Origin: Eledone cirrhosa
Taxonomy: Eukaryota
Reading direction: 5' to 3'
NCBI GenBank assembly: GCA_964016885.1
Contig: OZ024755.1
Span: 37,696,001 to 37,760,000 of the forward strand
DNA length: 64,000 bases
Each line of letters opens with the position of its first letter. Within the stretch, counting starts at the first letter, position 1. Under the pieces are notes generated by a model. It did not search any database, was not told where the DNA came from, and saw only the letters and a list, made by a program, of their open reading frames with translations. Below, piece after piece: positions 51,340 through 64,000 of the stretch. The translations under genes and the position numbers were made by a program.

Positions 51340-51726
51340 TGCACATGGCTTAGTGGTTAGAGCATTTGCCTTGCAATCGAAAGGTTGTGAGTTCAATTCT
51401 CAGACTGGGTGATGTGTTGTTTCCTTGAGTAAGACACTTTATTTCACATTGCTCCAGTTTACTCAGCTGTAGAAATGAGATGATAGGGACTGGGGTTCTT
51501 ATCATTCCACTGCAAAGTGGTCGTGGAGGTGTCATGTAAAAGAAAGCACCCAGCACTCACTGTAAAGTAGACGTGGAGGTGCCACGGAAAAAAAGCACCC
51601 AGCACTCACTGTAAATGAGGTTGGTGTTAGGAAGGGCATCCAGCTGTAGAAATCTAGCCAGAATCAGTTCCCGTCTCACCCTTGCAAGCAGGGAAAAGTG
51701 GACGTAAAATGATGATGATGATGATG
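51340..51726 (+). mobile_element. SINE family B with duplicated 48-bp module
   Basis: gcacatggcttagtggttagag...ggacgtaaaatgatgatgatg. Confidence 0.88.
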
Positions 51727-53524
51727 GTAGTTTAAAATATAATTGCTGTGTGTGTACCATATGAAATATTCATACTATTTAAAATAATTCTGCTATCAAC
51801 ATATGATAGTGTGGTGGTGGATGGTAGCATACTTAGAGAGCAAGACAGATTACCTTGTGGTATTTACTTAACATTTGAGATATTAAACATCTATGGTGCA
51901 CAGTTTGAAAGGAAACATCAAGTAGATGCGGACAGAAAAACAAATGGGTTACTCCAGAGGAAAGCAAAGAGAGACACAATAAAAGATCAGTCCTCAGTCC
52001 AACTTGGGTTCATTTTTGTGACTGGCCATCTCCATCTCTATATCAAAATGTAATGAGGTGGTTCAGAAAACAAGGAAACCAGTTGTTTCTACCATTATGA
52101 GTTCGACTATCAGTCTATCAGAAAGTGGCTGGCACTTTGTCAGCTTGTCAGGTAACAGAGTCTGGGTGTGATGCTGATTTCACCAAGTTGCCACTGGAGA
52201 TGGCATTGCTATAGTTTGCATCCAATATAAGTGTCTTACCACCTTGAAACGAGAAGATTGTGATGCCATCTCCTCAACCTAACCTTGTTGGTTCCAACTA
52301 TGATGGGAAGCTAGCTGTGTTTAAGTCACTCTTAATCATCTTATTGAGAGTGGCATGTTGTGAGGGGATATGACAGTGGCATGTTGTGAGGGGATATGAC
52401 AGTGGCATGTTGTGAGGGGGTCTGACAGTGGGATGGAATTCAAATGTTGTTTGAGTCAACATTACTTTCCATCTTTAGAGAGTCAATAAAATAAATACCA
52501 GTTAATTAAGTACTGACGTGATTTAAATTAAATAAATACCAATTAAGTAGTGACATGACTTAATTCAACCTGCCCTCAAGTTTGTGGCGCTGTGCCAGTG
52601 ATAAAAATATGTTGTTATTGCAACAAAGAAAATAAATATTTATTTATAAAGGAAAGGAAGGAAAGAAGACAATATTCAGATTGGATGAAGGAAAATATGT
52701 TTCCACTGGTCTTTCCATTGTTGATAGTGTCCGTCAGTCGTAACTTGTGGAAGTATCATCATTTTTACCCAGACAGATACAACAGACACTACCAGGAATT
52801 GGGGATTTAACAATCCTGCCAGAGTCACTATTCAGGGGCTGGTTCTATATCTATCAAATCTGCAAGGATGAAAAGCAAAGTTGACCTCTGCAGGATTTCA
52901 ACTCAGAGCACAGAGAGATGGAACAAATAGTGAGGTGTTTAACTCAACGCTGTACAGACTCTGCCAATTCATCGCCTTATTTGTAAAGAAAATGTTCAAA
53001 TAGTTTGTTTTTGCTTTTTAAAAACATCTTACTAAAAAATATATCCCAATAATATGGATCTGATTTGTTTTTGTTTTGCATCAATAAAAAGCTTTTGTTA
53101 ATTAAAGGAAATATTTGCCTCATCCAGCCATCCTAAGGAGATAATTATAGTCCATTAAATATGCTGAACTCTTGTATTCTTTATCCAAAATCACTGTTTG
53201 TTTTCTCTTAAAGCCCTCCCTACCAAAGTATTTAAGCTATTTTTACACATTCATGAAATCCAATCTCAATGAATAAATTATTCTGACCTTTAAAAGAGGA
53301 AAGAAAAAGACATTCTGAGTGATGAGTGGGGAAAAAAGGAAAGGGATTTCAGACCAAATCACATATGGAGAAGGGAGAGTTGGGGAAAAGCTTATTAATA
53401 TACACAGGAAAACCTATTCAATGTTTGTATATTAACCCTTTCATTACTATATTTCTAATGAAAGAGACCCATTGAAAATTTTCTTGTTTTTACATAAATA
53501 TAAACAGGGTCAATCTGTCCTACC

Positions 53525-53952
53525 CATGCTAGTATGGAAGATGGCCGTTAAACAACAATGATGATGATATGTGTATATATGTATATGTGTGTGTGTATAT
53601 ATGTATATGATATATATGTATATGATATATGTATATGCACACAAATATATATATATTATTATCATGATGTATATATATATATATATATATTATTATCATG
53701 ATGTATATATATATATTATGTTGGTACCACAAAACATCCAGCCCACACTGTAGGCGTCTCAACAAAAAGCACCCAGCACACACTGTAAATGTGGTTGGTG
53801 TTAGGAAGAGCATCCAGTCATAGAAAACCAACCAGAAACAGTCTTATATATGTGAGACACGGTCACCTGACCCAACTTGTCTCTAAATGGGACAATCCCG
53901 TCTAACCCCTGCTAGCATGGAAGATAGACGTTAAACGATGATGATGATGATG
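53525..53952. mobile_element. SINE/RTE-type 3' tails (inverted and direct) around a microsatellite
   Basis: catgctagtatggaagatggccgttaaacaacaatgatgat and ggtgttaggaagagcatcc...gacgttaaacgatgatgat. Confidence 0.6.
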
Positions 53953-54104
53953 ATTACTTTAAAACAAACAGTTTCAAATTGTAGAGCCAGGAGTTGTTCA
54001 GACAGTTTGGTGATTCATGAAATATGTCTTAGCATTTGTAAAATATTAGACATAATTTCAGTCAACCAGACATACGTATGTGTGCTTACACATACATACA
54101 TTTT

Positions 54105-54436
54105 CAATCATCATTTCATTTTACGTCCGCTTTTTCCTTGCTTGCAAGGGTGGGACGGGAATTGATTCTGGCTTGATTTCTACAGCTGGATGCCCTTCCT
54201 AACACCAACCTCATTTACAGCGAGTGCTGGGTGTTTTTTTTTGCCGTGGCACCTCCACGACCACTTTGCAGTGGAATGATAGGGACCCCAGTCCCTATTA
54301 TCTCATTTCTACAGCTGAGTAAACTGGAGCAATGTGAAATAAAGTGTCTTGCTCAAGGAATCAACACATCACCCGGTCTGAGAATTGAACTCACAACCTT
54401 TCGATTTCAAGGCCAATGCTCTAACCACTAAGCCAT
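54105..54436 (-). mobile_element. SINE family B
   Basis: Near-identical to the other B copies. Confidence 0.88.
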
Positions 54437-54689
54437 AGATATATCATCGTCACTCACTGTCTCCATCTACGGCAGATTCTACACTAACATCACTTAGCTC
54501 CTTCCAAAGTTTTCTATTTTGTGTGGGTTTGTTTCATTATTATCATCACCATGTCTATGTTTCCATGCTAGCATGGGTTAGATGAATTGTCCCAGTGTGA
54601 GACATGTTAGATCAGATGACTGTCTTGCTCATACAGAACTGTTTAGTTCATATAAATGTAGACCAGACCATTTATTGTTATTTTACGTG

Positions 54690-54895
54690 ACCAAGAGCCT
54701 CAAGACTTTACTTTTGATGTTACACCTTACAGGAACTAGTTTAGCAGCTTCTAGTAGACCCACAATTTTGATATGGTCAAGTAGTTTGTGGTTTGTCTTG
54801 AACCTCATAATATGGTTTTGAAAGGTTTGGATTTTACTAATCATGTATGAGGTCCAGTTCACAAATTCAAGACAGTATGACAGGTAGGATATAGG
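54690..54895 (-). mobile_element. RTE-like LINE fragment not in the ORF track
   Basis: Manual translation LEFVNWTSYMISKIQTFQNHIMRFKTNHKLLDHIKI...KSKVLRL aligns with 46175-46546. Confidence 0.75.
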
Positions 54896-54949
54896 AGTTA
54901 GACATTTTACATTTAATATAATATGGGATCTATGTTGAGCTTAAAAGTT

Positions 54950-55325
54950 CCTGTCTTACCCATCTTACCCGTGTTAGTGTGGGAAATGGACGTTAAACGA
55001 TGATGATGATGGTTTCATTGTATATTTCATTTCATATTTCTCCTGTCTTACCCATCCTACCCGTGTTAGTGTGGGAAATAGACGTTAAACGATGATGATG
55101 ATGGTTTCATTGTATATTTCATTTCATATATCTCCTGTCTTACCCATGCTACCCGTGTTAGTGTTGGAAATAGACGTTAAACGATGATGATGATGGTTTC
55201 ATTGTATATTTCATTTCATATTTCTCCTGTCTTATCCATCCTACCCATGTTAGTGTGGGAAATGGACGTTAAACGATGATGATGATGATGACAATGATGA
55301 TGAGTTCATTCCATATTTTATTTCA
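54950..55325 (+). repeat. 92-bp tandem repeat (4 copies) of a SINE 3' tail plus flank
   Basis: ctgtctta at 54951, 55043, 55135, 55227. Confidence 0.93.
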
Positions 55326-55777
55326 GATTTCATTGATTCAATTTTCTTCTAAAAAATCTGCTGTAGAATTCCTCTTCCAACAATCACACTGTCTATACAA
55401 CATGCTTGATATATAAAAAAAAATCTAATGTCATTACATTCAGATTATTGGCTGGGTATCTCAAATTTCAGGTTTCCTTGACAGACATATATGACTGCAG
55501 GGAGAAGGCAGGAGAGGGCAGCCAGTGTTTTTTGTAGGTTGACCTGATTTTTCCCATTACAGCCCCTCCCTCCTTGAAGGATATTAACTCTTTTGTTACC
55601 ACATTTTTTTTATGAAAGACTGATCATCATCATCATCATCACTGTTTTATGTCCTTTTCACAGTGGTATGGGTTAGACCAGTTGTCACATTCTATAATTA
55701 GACAAGTCAGATTACTATCTTTCTCATGTGTTTCATTTTATCTGTTGTAATGCTATTGCCATTACAGTATGTACTAG

Positions 55778-57880
55778 GAGCATTTTATCATGACATCAGC
55801 ACTACCTCTTTATTTGGTGGACTGGGAGCATTTTATCATGAGATCAGCACTACCTCTTTATTTGGTGGACTGGGGACATTTTATCATGACATCAACACTA
55901 CCTCTTTATTTGGTGGACTGGGGACATTTTATCATGACATCAACACTACCTCTTTATTTGGTGGACTGGGGACATTTTATCATGACATCAACACTACCTC
56001 TTTATTTGGTGGACTGGGGACATTTTATCATGACATCAACACTACCTCTTTATTTGGTGGACTGGGGACATTTTATCATGACATCAGCACTACCTCTTTA
56101 TTTGGTGGACTAGGAGCATTTTATCATGACATCAGCACTACCTCTTTATTTGGTGGACTGGGGGAATTTTATGATGGCATCAGCACTACCTCTTTATTTG
56201 GTGGACTGGGGGCATTTTATCATGACATCATCATTACCTCTTTATTTGGTGGACTGGGGGCATTTTATCATGACATCAGCACTACCTCTTTATTTGGTGG
56301 ACTGGGGGCATTTTATCATGACATCAGCACTACCTCTTTATTTGGTGGACTGGGAGCATTTTATCATGACATCAACACTACCTCTTTATTTGGTGGACTG
56401 GGGGCATTTTATGATGACATCAGCACTACCTCTTTATTTGGTGGACTGGGGGCATTTTTTCATGACATCAGCACTACTTCTTTATTTGGTGGAATGGGGG
56501 CATTTTATCATGACATCAGCACTACCTCTTTATTTGGTGGACTGGGGGCATTTTTTCATGACATCAGCACTACTTCTTTATTTGGTGGAATGGGGGCATT
56601 TTATCATGACATCAGCACTACCTCTTTATTTGGTGGACTAGGGGCATTTTATGATGGCATCAGCACTACCTCTTTATTTGGTGGACTGGGAGCATTTTAT
56701 CATGACATCAGCACTACCGCTTTATTTGGTGGACTGGAGGCATTTTATCATGACATCAGCACTACCTCTTTATTTGGTGGACTGGGAGCATTTTATCATG
56801 ACATCAGCACTACCTCTTTATTTGGTGGACTGGGGGCATTTTATCATGTCATCAGCACTACCTCTTTATTTGGTGGAATGGGGGCATTTTATGATGACGT
56901 CAGCACTACCTCTTTATTTGGTGGACTGGGGGCATTTTATCATGTCATCAGCACTACCTCTTTATTTGGTGGACTGGGGGCATTTTATCATGACATCAGC
57001 ACTACCTCTTTATTTGGTGGACTGGGAGCATTTTATCATGTCATCAGCACTACCTCTTTATTTGGTGGACTGGGGGCATTTTATCATGACATCAACACCT
57101 CTTTATTTGGTGGATTGGGGGAATTTTATCATGACATCAACACCTCTTTATTTGGTGGACTGGGGGAATTTTATCATGACATCAACACCTCTTTATTTGG
57201 TGGATTGGGGGAATTTTATCATGACATCAACACCTCTTTATTTGGTGGATTGGGGGAATTTTATCATGACATCAACACCTCTTTATTTGGTGGACTGGGG
57301 GCATTTTATCATGACATCAGCACTACCTCTTTATTTGGTGGATTGGGGGAATTTTATCATGACATCAACACCTCTTTATTTGGTGGATTGGGGGAATTTT
57401 ATGATGACATCAACACCTCTTTATTTGGTGGACTGGGGGCATTTTATCATGACATCAACACCTCTTTATTTGGTGGATTGGGGGAATTTTATCATGACAT
57501 CAACACCTCTTTATTTGGTGGATTGGGGGAATTTTATCATGACATCAACACCTCTTTATTTGGTGGACTGGGGGCATTTTATCATGATATCAACACTACC
57601 TCTTTATTTGGTGGACTGGGGGCATTTTATCATGACATCAGCACTACCTCTTTATTTGGTGGACTGGGGGCATTTTATCATGACATCAGCACTACCTCTT
57701 TATTTGGTGGACTGGGGGCATTTTATCATGATATCAGCACTACCTCTTTATTTGGTGGACTGGGGGCATTTTATCATGACATCAGCACTACCTCTTTATT
57801 TGGTGGACTGGGGGCATTTTATCATGACATCAGCACTACCTCTTTATTTGGTGGACTGGGGGCATTTTATCATGATGCCA
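55778..57880. repeat. 48-bp (45-bp variant) minisatellite, ~45 copies
   Basis: Unit gggcattttatcatgacatcagcactacctctttatttggtggactgg; similar to the SINE module at 51211-51262. Confidence 0.97.
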
Positions 57881-58234
57881 ACACCAGGGCAATTGCTGTA
57901 TTCTTTGCTGGGTAGAGAGAGAGAGAGAGATGTGGGAGGCAGAGATGAGAGCATGGTAAATGAGGGAGTAGGGCCTATGATTATTCAAATGATTTAGAAA
58001 ATAACATAAGAATATGTCCTTACATGAAATTTTGATGAAAGGTTTTAAATGAATATAAATTCTGTAAAAGAATGTTATAGTTTTCTTTTTGGCAACCTCT
58101 ACAATGCAAATGGGACTCTGTATATGAGGTAACATGGTTGGATAGGGAAGAAGGAGAGAAAGATGAAAATAAACAGTAACAGGGAAGGTAAAACAAGAAT
58201 CTGAGTGTTATCCTGGCAAAATTTATTAAATATT

Positions 58235-58989
58235 TTAACCCTTTAGCATTTAAACCAACCATATGGAGGCACATGGCTTAGTGGTTAGAGCATTGGCCTT
58301 GCAATCGAAAGGTTGTGAGTTCAATTCTCAGACCGGGTGATGTGTTGTTTCCTTGAGCAAGGCACTTTATTTCACATTGCTCCAGTTTACTCAGTTGTAG
58401 AAATGAGATGATAGGGACTGGGGTCCCTATTCCACTGCAAAGTGGTCGTGGAGGTGCCACGGCAAAAAAGCACCCAGCACTCACTGTAAATGAGGTTGGT
58501 GTTAGGAAGGGCATCCAGCTGTAGAAATCAAGCCAGAACCAGTTCCCGTCCCACCCTTGCAAGCAGGGAAAAAGCGGACGTAAAATGAAATGATGATGAT
58601 GATGATATCTGGCCCGAATTCTCTCACCTCGTTCTGTTCAAAGCGGCCATAACTGGCTGCTCATACTTATGTTCAGGTATTGTTCTCAAAATAAATAATT
58701 GTTTCTACTTTTGGCACAAGGCCAGCAATTATCCTAGTGCATTACTGGTACTTTATTTTATCGACCCCGTAAGGACGGAAGGCAAAGCTAACCATGGCAG
58801 GATTTGGACTCAGGCTGTAAAGGGCCGTAACTCTATGCTGCAAAGCATGGTGTCCAACCCTCTACTGATACTGCCAATCCACCACCCTCTGCTAATCCTA
58901 ATGTCAAGATCTCATAGATTTGATATTAAGTGAGTTAAAGCCTTTACCCTATATTTACTATTATATTTCCACAGTAATGTAAGGGTTAA
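58235..58989. mobile_element. piggyBac-type MITE with nested SINE B (58265-58606, +) and SINE A (58695-58885, -)
   Basis: ttaaccctttagc ... taagggttaa; MITE body resumes after each insert. Confidence 0.75.
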
Positions 58990-59469
58990 AATAAATAGAT
59001 TACTGTAGAAATTATTTGAAAATCATAGGCAGTGACTTTCATTAGAAATATTGTAATTAATGGGTTACTAATGTCAACTTTGTTTTTTATTCGTCAAGCA
59101 GTGAATAAATTACCATATCATCATCATCATCGTTTAATGTCTATCTTCCACGCTAGCATGGGTTAACAGGAATTGTCCCACTTGAGGCGAGATTGATCGG
59201 GTGACCGTGTCTCGCTCGTATAGGAGTATACTTGAATATAAGTTGACCCCTATTTTATGTCTGAGAAATAGGCAAAAATCCAAACCCTGCTTATAATCTG
59301 AGGGAGGTAATCAACACATTGTTTAGATGGTGAATTTTGAAGTTCTCATGAGTTTTGGTATTTGAAGTTGAGTTTTGATATTTAAGTATCATTTAGCATT
59401 CAGCTTTGTTTCACAACTCCACTACGTAATGATTTTTTACTAATTTCCAACCATTTTGAGGCCATATTA

Positions 59470-59665
59470 ATAATAATTTCTACTATAGGCACAAGGCCAG
59501 AAATTTGAGGAGGGAGGGAAGTCGATTAAATTGACCCCAGTGCATTACTGGTACTTTATTATAGCGACCTCTTGGCAGGATTTGAACTCAGAACATAAAG
59601 GGCCATAACTCTATGCTGCAAAGCATAGTGTCTGACGCTCTACTGATACTGCCAATCCACTGCCC
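59470..59665 (-). mobile_element. SINE family A
   Basis: Head and tail visible, internal deletion. Confidence 0.8.
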
Positions 59666-60069
59666 TGAAAGCCATATGAATAATATAATAATAATGATTT
59701 CTTTATTAACCACAAGGGTTTACATAAAGTAGACATGATTGTGTACAGTGTTCAGGTGTTCTACAAAAAAAAAACAATAGGAAATTTGATTTCCATGTCG
59801 AAATTGAAACCAAAGTGAAAATATTTTAGCATCTCACTTGTGTAGAATTTTCAAGTTGGGGAAAATCAGCAAAATATTGACTTTGAATATGTCTCCCAAG
59901 GTTTTACCAGCATTTTTTTTTTTTTTTTGGTCACATTTTTCTCAGCTTTTATACGAGTATATACAGTAAGTAGCAGTCATATATTGCAGAGTAGGGTTAA
60001 TGAAAATTACATTGAATCATTGAAAGTTACATTGAGTTTACCCTGCAACTTAATCCCATCTCCGCTGTA

Positions 60070-61327
60070 TCTAAACTATAATAAAGTAAGGAGTGCAGGA
60101 CTGCATACGGTTTGTTTCTTTTAATCCAGTTAGTAAAATAAGTTGGATTACTTTGAATAAATAATTGTTTCTACTTTTGGCACAAGGCCAGCAATTACCC
60201 AGTGCATTACTGGTACTTTATTTTATCGACCCCCGTAAGGATGAAAGGCAAAGTTAACATCAGCGGGATTTGAACTCAGAATGGCAAGGGTCGTAACTCT
60301 ATGCATCAAAGCATGGCACCTAACCCCTCTACCGTTGATTAAATACATTTTATTGTTTATTTAAAGATTCACTTTAAAATTTTCAAATGTCAACTCTTCT
60401 TGTTACCGATCGCTTAAATAAACATTCATATATTTCTGTCACTAATTATCTCCTAATGCAGTTTATATATAATATCATCTTTTTTAAATGTATCTGATTA
60501 CATAAGAGAGTGTAACGCAGTCTTCGTTCAATTTCTGTGTATATTGTCAATTACGATTTTATTTGATGTATATCTACATGCATCATTTCATTTTACGTCC
60601 AAGGGTGCAAGGTTGGGACGGGAACTGATTCTGGCTTGATTTCTACAGCTGGATGCCCTTCCTAACACCAACCTCATTTACAGTGAGTGCTGGGTGCTTT
60701 TTTGCCGTGGCACCTTCACGACCACTTTGCAGTGGAATGATAGGGACCCCAGTCCCTATCATCTCATTTCTACAGCTGAGTAAACTGGAGCAATGTGAAA
60801 TAAAGTGTCTTGCTCAAGGAAACAACACATCACCCGGTCTGAGAATTGAACTCACAACCTTCCGATTGCAAGGCCAATGCTCTAACCACTAAGCCATGTG
60901 CCTCCATGTGCATATATATTTTTATTTTATTAAATGATGTTACAAATGGGAGTGAAAATATAAACACATATGATATATACAAAGCATATAAATAAACTTA
61001 CAGTAGAATAACATAACAAATATGTTTTAAATATATACATAAATAACATTATAAATGCTTAGATAACATTATAAATTGCTCGCGATTCTGTCAGAAAGAT
61101 ATAATCCTTAAATGTTGCAATATTAAAGAAAATATAAAGGAAGGGGTGAACAACTGAGCCACCATCAGAGCAAAAGACAGCAGCAAGGAGTACTGGGCAA
61201 CCTCTCTAATGATTTTAGAGGCAAGCCAGCACACTTGCAGTGTTACCTCGGGTGATGGCAAGGCTAATATCAATATGCACACTACACATGCTAGCAGAAA
61301 ACCACCCGAAGGGGGTTTTTCTGCTAG
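60070..61327 (+). mobile_element. Non-autonomous Helitron (same family as 31988-32634) with three nested insertions
   Basis: A|TCTAAACTATAATAAAG ... ctagcagaaaaccacccgaagggggtttttctgCTAG|T; contains SINE A 60160-60335, SINE B 60581-60905 and a CRE 3' end 60920-61263. Confidence 0.8.
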
Positions 61328-61489
61328 TCTAAATAATGTACTTCTGCACAAATGAGTTGAAAGAAATCTAGGATAGAAGAGGGTGTTGTAGTTTACTTGA
61401 AGCATTGTGTGGCGATGGACTGGCACCTTGTCAAGAGTGGTGTTGATGATGATGATGATTGAACTGCCTCACTCTACAGAATTTAATTA

Positions 61490-61870
61490 TAATAATTGTT
61501 TCTATTTTTGGCACAAGGCCAGCAATTATCCCACTGCATTACTGGTGCTTTTTTTTTCGACCCCATAAGGATGAAAGGCAAAGTTAACTTCAGCGGGATT
61601 TGAACTCAGACCGTAAAGGGGCGTAACTCTATGCACTAAAGCATAGCATCCGACCCTCTATCGAGACTGCCAATTTACCACCCTTAATACTTGTTTCTAC
61701 TTTTGGCACGAGCCCAGCAATTACCCCAGTGTATTACTGGTACTTTATTTTATCAACCCCGTAAGGATGAAAGGCAAAGTTAACCTCGGCCGGATTTGAA
61801 CTCGGACCGTAAAGGGGCGTAACTCTATGCTGCAAAGCATGGCATCCGAGCCTCTATCGAGACTGCCAAT
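61490..61870 (-). mobile_element. Two tandem SINE A copies
   Basis: 61490-61683 and 61688-61870. Confidence 0.85.
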
Positions 61871-62318
61871 GAAGTGAATACATCCAGCATAATTTGGAAT
61901 TTAATTAGTGTTGTTTAAACACTGAGATCGATATATAGTATGGGATGAACATTTTTAAAATAACAAACTTGAAACAGGAGCAGAACTAATTTTATTTAAT
62001 AGAATATTTGTGGACACAAACTTGAATGGAATGCAGTCCCTTTTCTTCTATCTCTGCATTGATGAATGGACTTCAAGGCTGCAGGGGCTTGAAATGTGTT
62101 ATGCCCGGCTGCACATCCGGCTTCCATAATGATCTTCAATACCATCAGAGTTTACCTAACGACATTATGACTAAAAGCCTCCCATCCTCCATTTGCTAAA
62201 CAAAAGGGGGCTTGGTAGGACTTAGCAGTTGTTACTGCCAGAAATGTAGCATAAGTGATAACACCAACTCAATAAATGTTTCAAGGCCATTTCCCCTGCC
62301 AAAGCAGGATTTAGCCTT

Positions 62319-63345
62319 GTGAGGAGGTTTACCTCTAAAATTGTCAAGAAGGCCAAGGGTGCCTTAGTAACACCCAGTAACACCTTTGTCAGCTGCTCTC
62401 CAACTATCTATTTAAAGCTGTATATAGCTATGGTGTGGCTACACTTAGAATTTGCCTCACCAGTCTGGAACCCCTGTTTTGCTCAGAATTTTGATCTCCT
62501 GGAAACTGTTCAGACTCATGCAACCAAATGAAAACCCTCCATCAGGCATCTACCACCATACTCTGAATGCCTTAATCCCTGGGCAAGGATACATTAAAGC
62601 TCTGACGCCTGGCAACTGACATAATAGACACCCACAAGATTATTACCCATCTTTCCAGCAACAACCCTGGGTACCTTTTTGAATTCCATGTCTAACACCT
62701 GTGGATATGCTTACACAATCAGAAAACAGTACAGCTCCCATGATGTTTGGAAACACTTTTTCACACTCAGTGTTGCTGAAGCATGGAACAAACTACCTGC
62801 ATCAGTTGTTAGTTGTCGGGACACTGTATCTTTTAAAACCTCCATGGAACAAACTACCTGCATCAGTTGTTAGCTGTCAAGACACTGCATTCTTTAAAAC
62901 CTCCATGGAACTAACTACCTGCATCAGTTGTTAGCTGTCAAGACACTGCATCCTTTAAAACCTCCATGGAACAAACTACCTGCATCAGTTGTTAGCTGTC
63001 AAGACACTGCATCCTTTAAAACCTCCATGGAATAAACTACCTGCATCAGTTGTTAGTTGTCGAGACACTGCATCCTTTAAAACCTCCATGGAACAAACTA
63101 CATGCATCAGTTGTTAGCTGTTGGGACACAGCATCCTTCAAAACCTCCCATGCATCCCGAAATTCGCCAACACTCCACCTGATATTCCCCCTCCATACAC
63201 AAATGTGTGTGTGTGTATGTGTGGATATCATGACGCATACACTGTTCACTTTCCTGAAATTTGTACATTATTCTATGAACTATACATGCACCTTTGATGA
63301 GTTTTAGTGCACTTTTGATGAGTTTTAGTGCACTTTTCATTATTA
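62319..63345 (+). mobile_element. CR1-clade LINE 3' end with internal 61-bp minisatellite (62782-63148, 6 copies)
   Basis: LKLYIAMV..HLEFASPVWNP....DLLETVQ..ATK, KHFFTLSVAEAWNKLPASVV...FK; the WNKLP...FK segment is tandemly repeated. Confidence 0.88.
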
Positions 63346-63365
63346 TTATATATATATATATATAA

Positions 63366-63565
63366 TGAAGGTACGTGGCTGAGTGGTTAGAGAATTTGAT
63401 TTGCAATCGTGAGGTTGTGAGTTTGAATCCCGGGCTGTGTGATGTATTACGTCATTGAGCAAAACACTTTATTTCATGTTGCTCTTTCTGCTTGGATTTG
63501 CGGCCAGTAGTTAGTATTAGCAATTGGAAAGACCAATAGAAACATTGCTTCCTCAGTCTGATTTG
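63366..63565 (+). mobile_element. SINE family C
   Basis: Matches 22533-22745. Confidence 0.8.
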
Positions 63566-63852
63566 ATGAGCTCCACTCCACTCGTTAGTCGATCGACAAG
63601 ATCCCAGACCTTATTCGCTTAACGAGTGGAGTGGAGCTCATCAAATCAGACTGAGGAAGCAATGTTTCCATATATATATATATATCTTACAGTCGATGGA
63701 CAAGATCCCAGACCTTATTCGCTTAACGAGTGGAGTAGAGCTCATCAATTCAAGAAATTTTAGCCTGAGTATTGATGTCAATACTCAGGCTAAAATTTCT
63801 TTAGTAAAAAATATGGCAAAACCTATTTCTATTAAGTTTCAAATTTCACTCA

Positions 63853-63910
<58 letters not shown>

Positions 63911-64000
63911 AAGAGGTATAAGTTAACATTTCATAATTTACTTCTTTCATTACCATTATATATATTTTGTAGGCTCTGTCTGAGTGGTGAGACCCTTGAA

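Noticed and set aside
55726-57997. 729-aa and 448-aa repetitive ORFs
   Set aside because: By-product of a 48/45-bp minisatellite (multiple of 3) derived from a SINE module; two frames are open, with no sign of a real gene
61940-62150. Possible Tc1/mariner 3' remnant on the minus strand
   Set aside because: Resemblance too faint to support without a search

Overview
AT-rich animal genomic DNA dominated by repeats. The SINE families and (TA)n/(TG)n load suggest a cephalopod such as Octopus (inference from recalled repeat types, not a search). No intact protein-coding gene is visible. One plausible minus-strand exon (43458-43657, CUB-like) suggests part of the window is intronic. The rest is nested mobile DNA: CRE-, RTE-, Tx1- and CR1-like LINE remnants, three tRNA-derived SINE families, Helitron coding and non-autonomous pieces, and several MITEs. 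About ten minisatellites are present, several of which grew out of TE sequence. The most interesting locus is a Penelope-like element (29240-33045) with Naiad-type features. A single in-frame TGA sits exactly at the first Cys of its CxCx5Cx5C motif, so it is a selenocysteine candidate. Its inverted pLTRs carry a hammerhead-like fold with a non-canonical CAGAAGA core. At least five further hammerhead motifs and many (TA)n-flanked fold-backs are scattered through the window. Coordinates were counted by hand and element boundaries are approximate.
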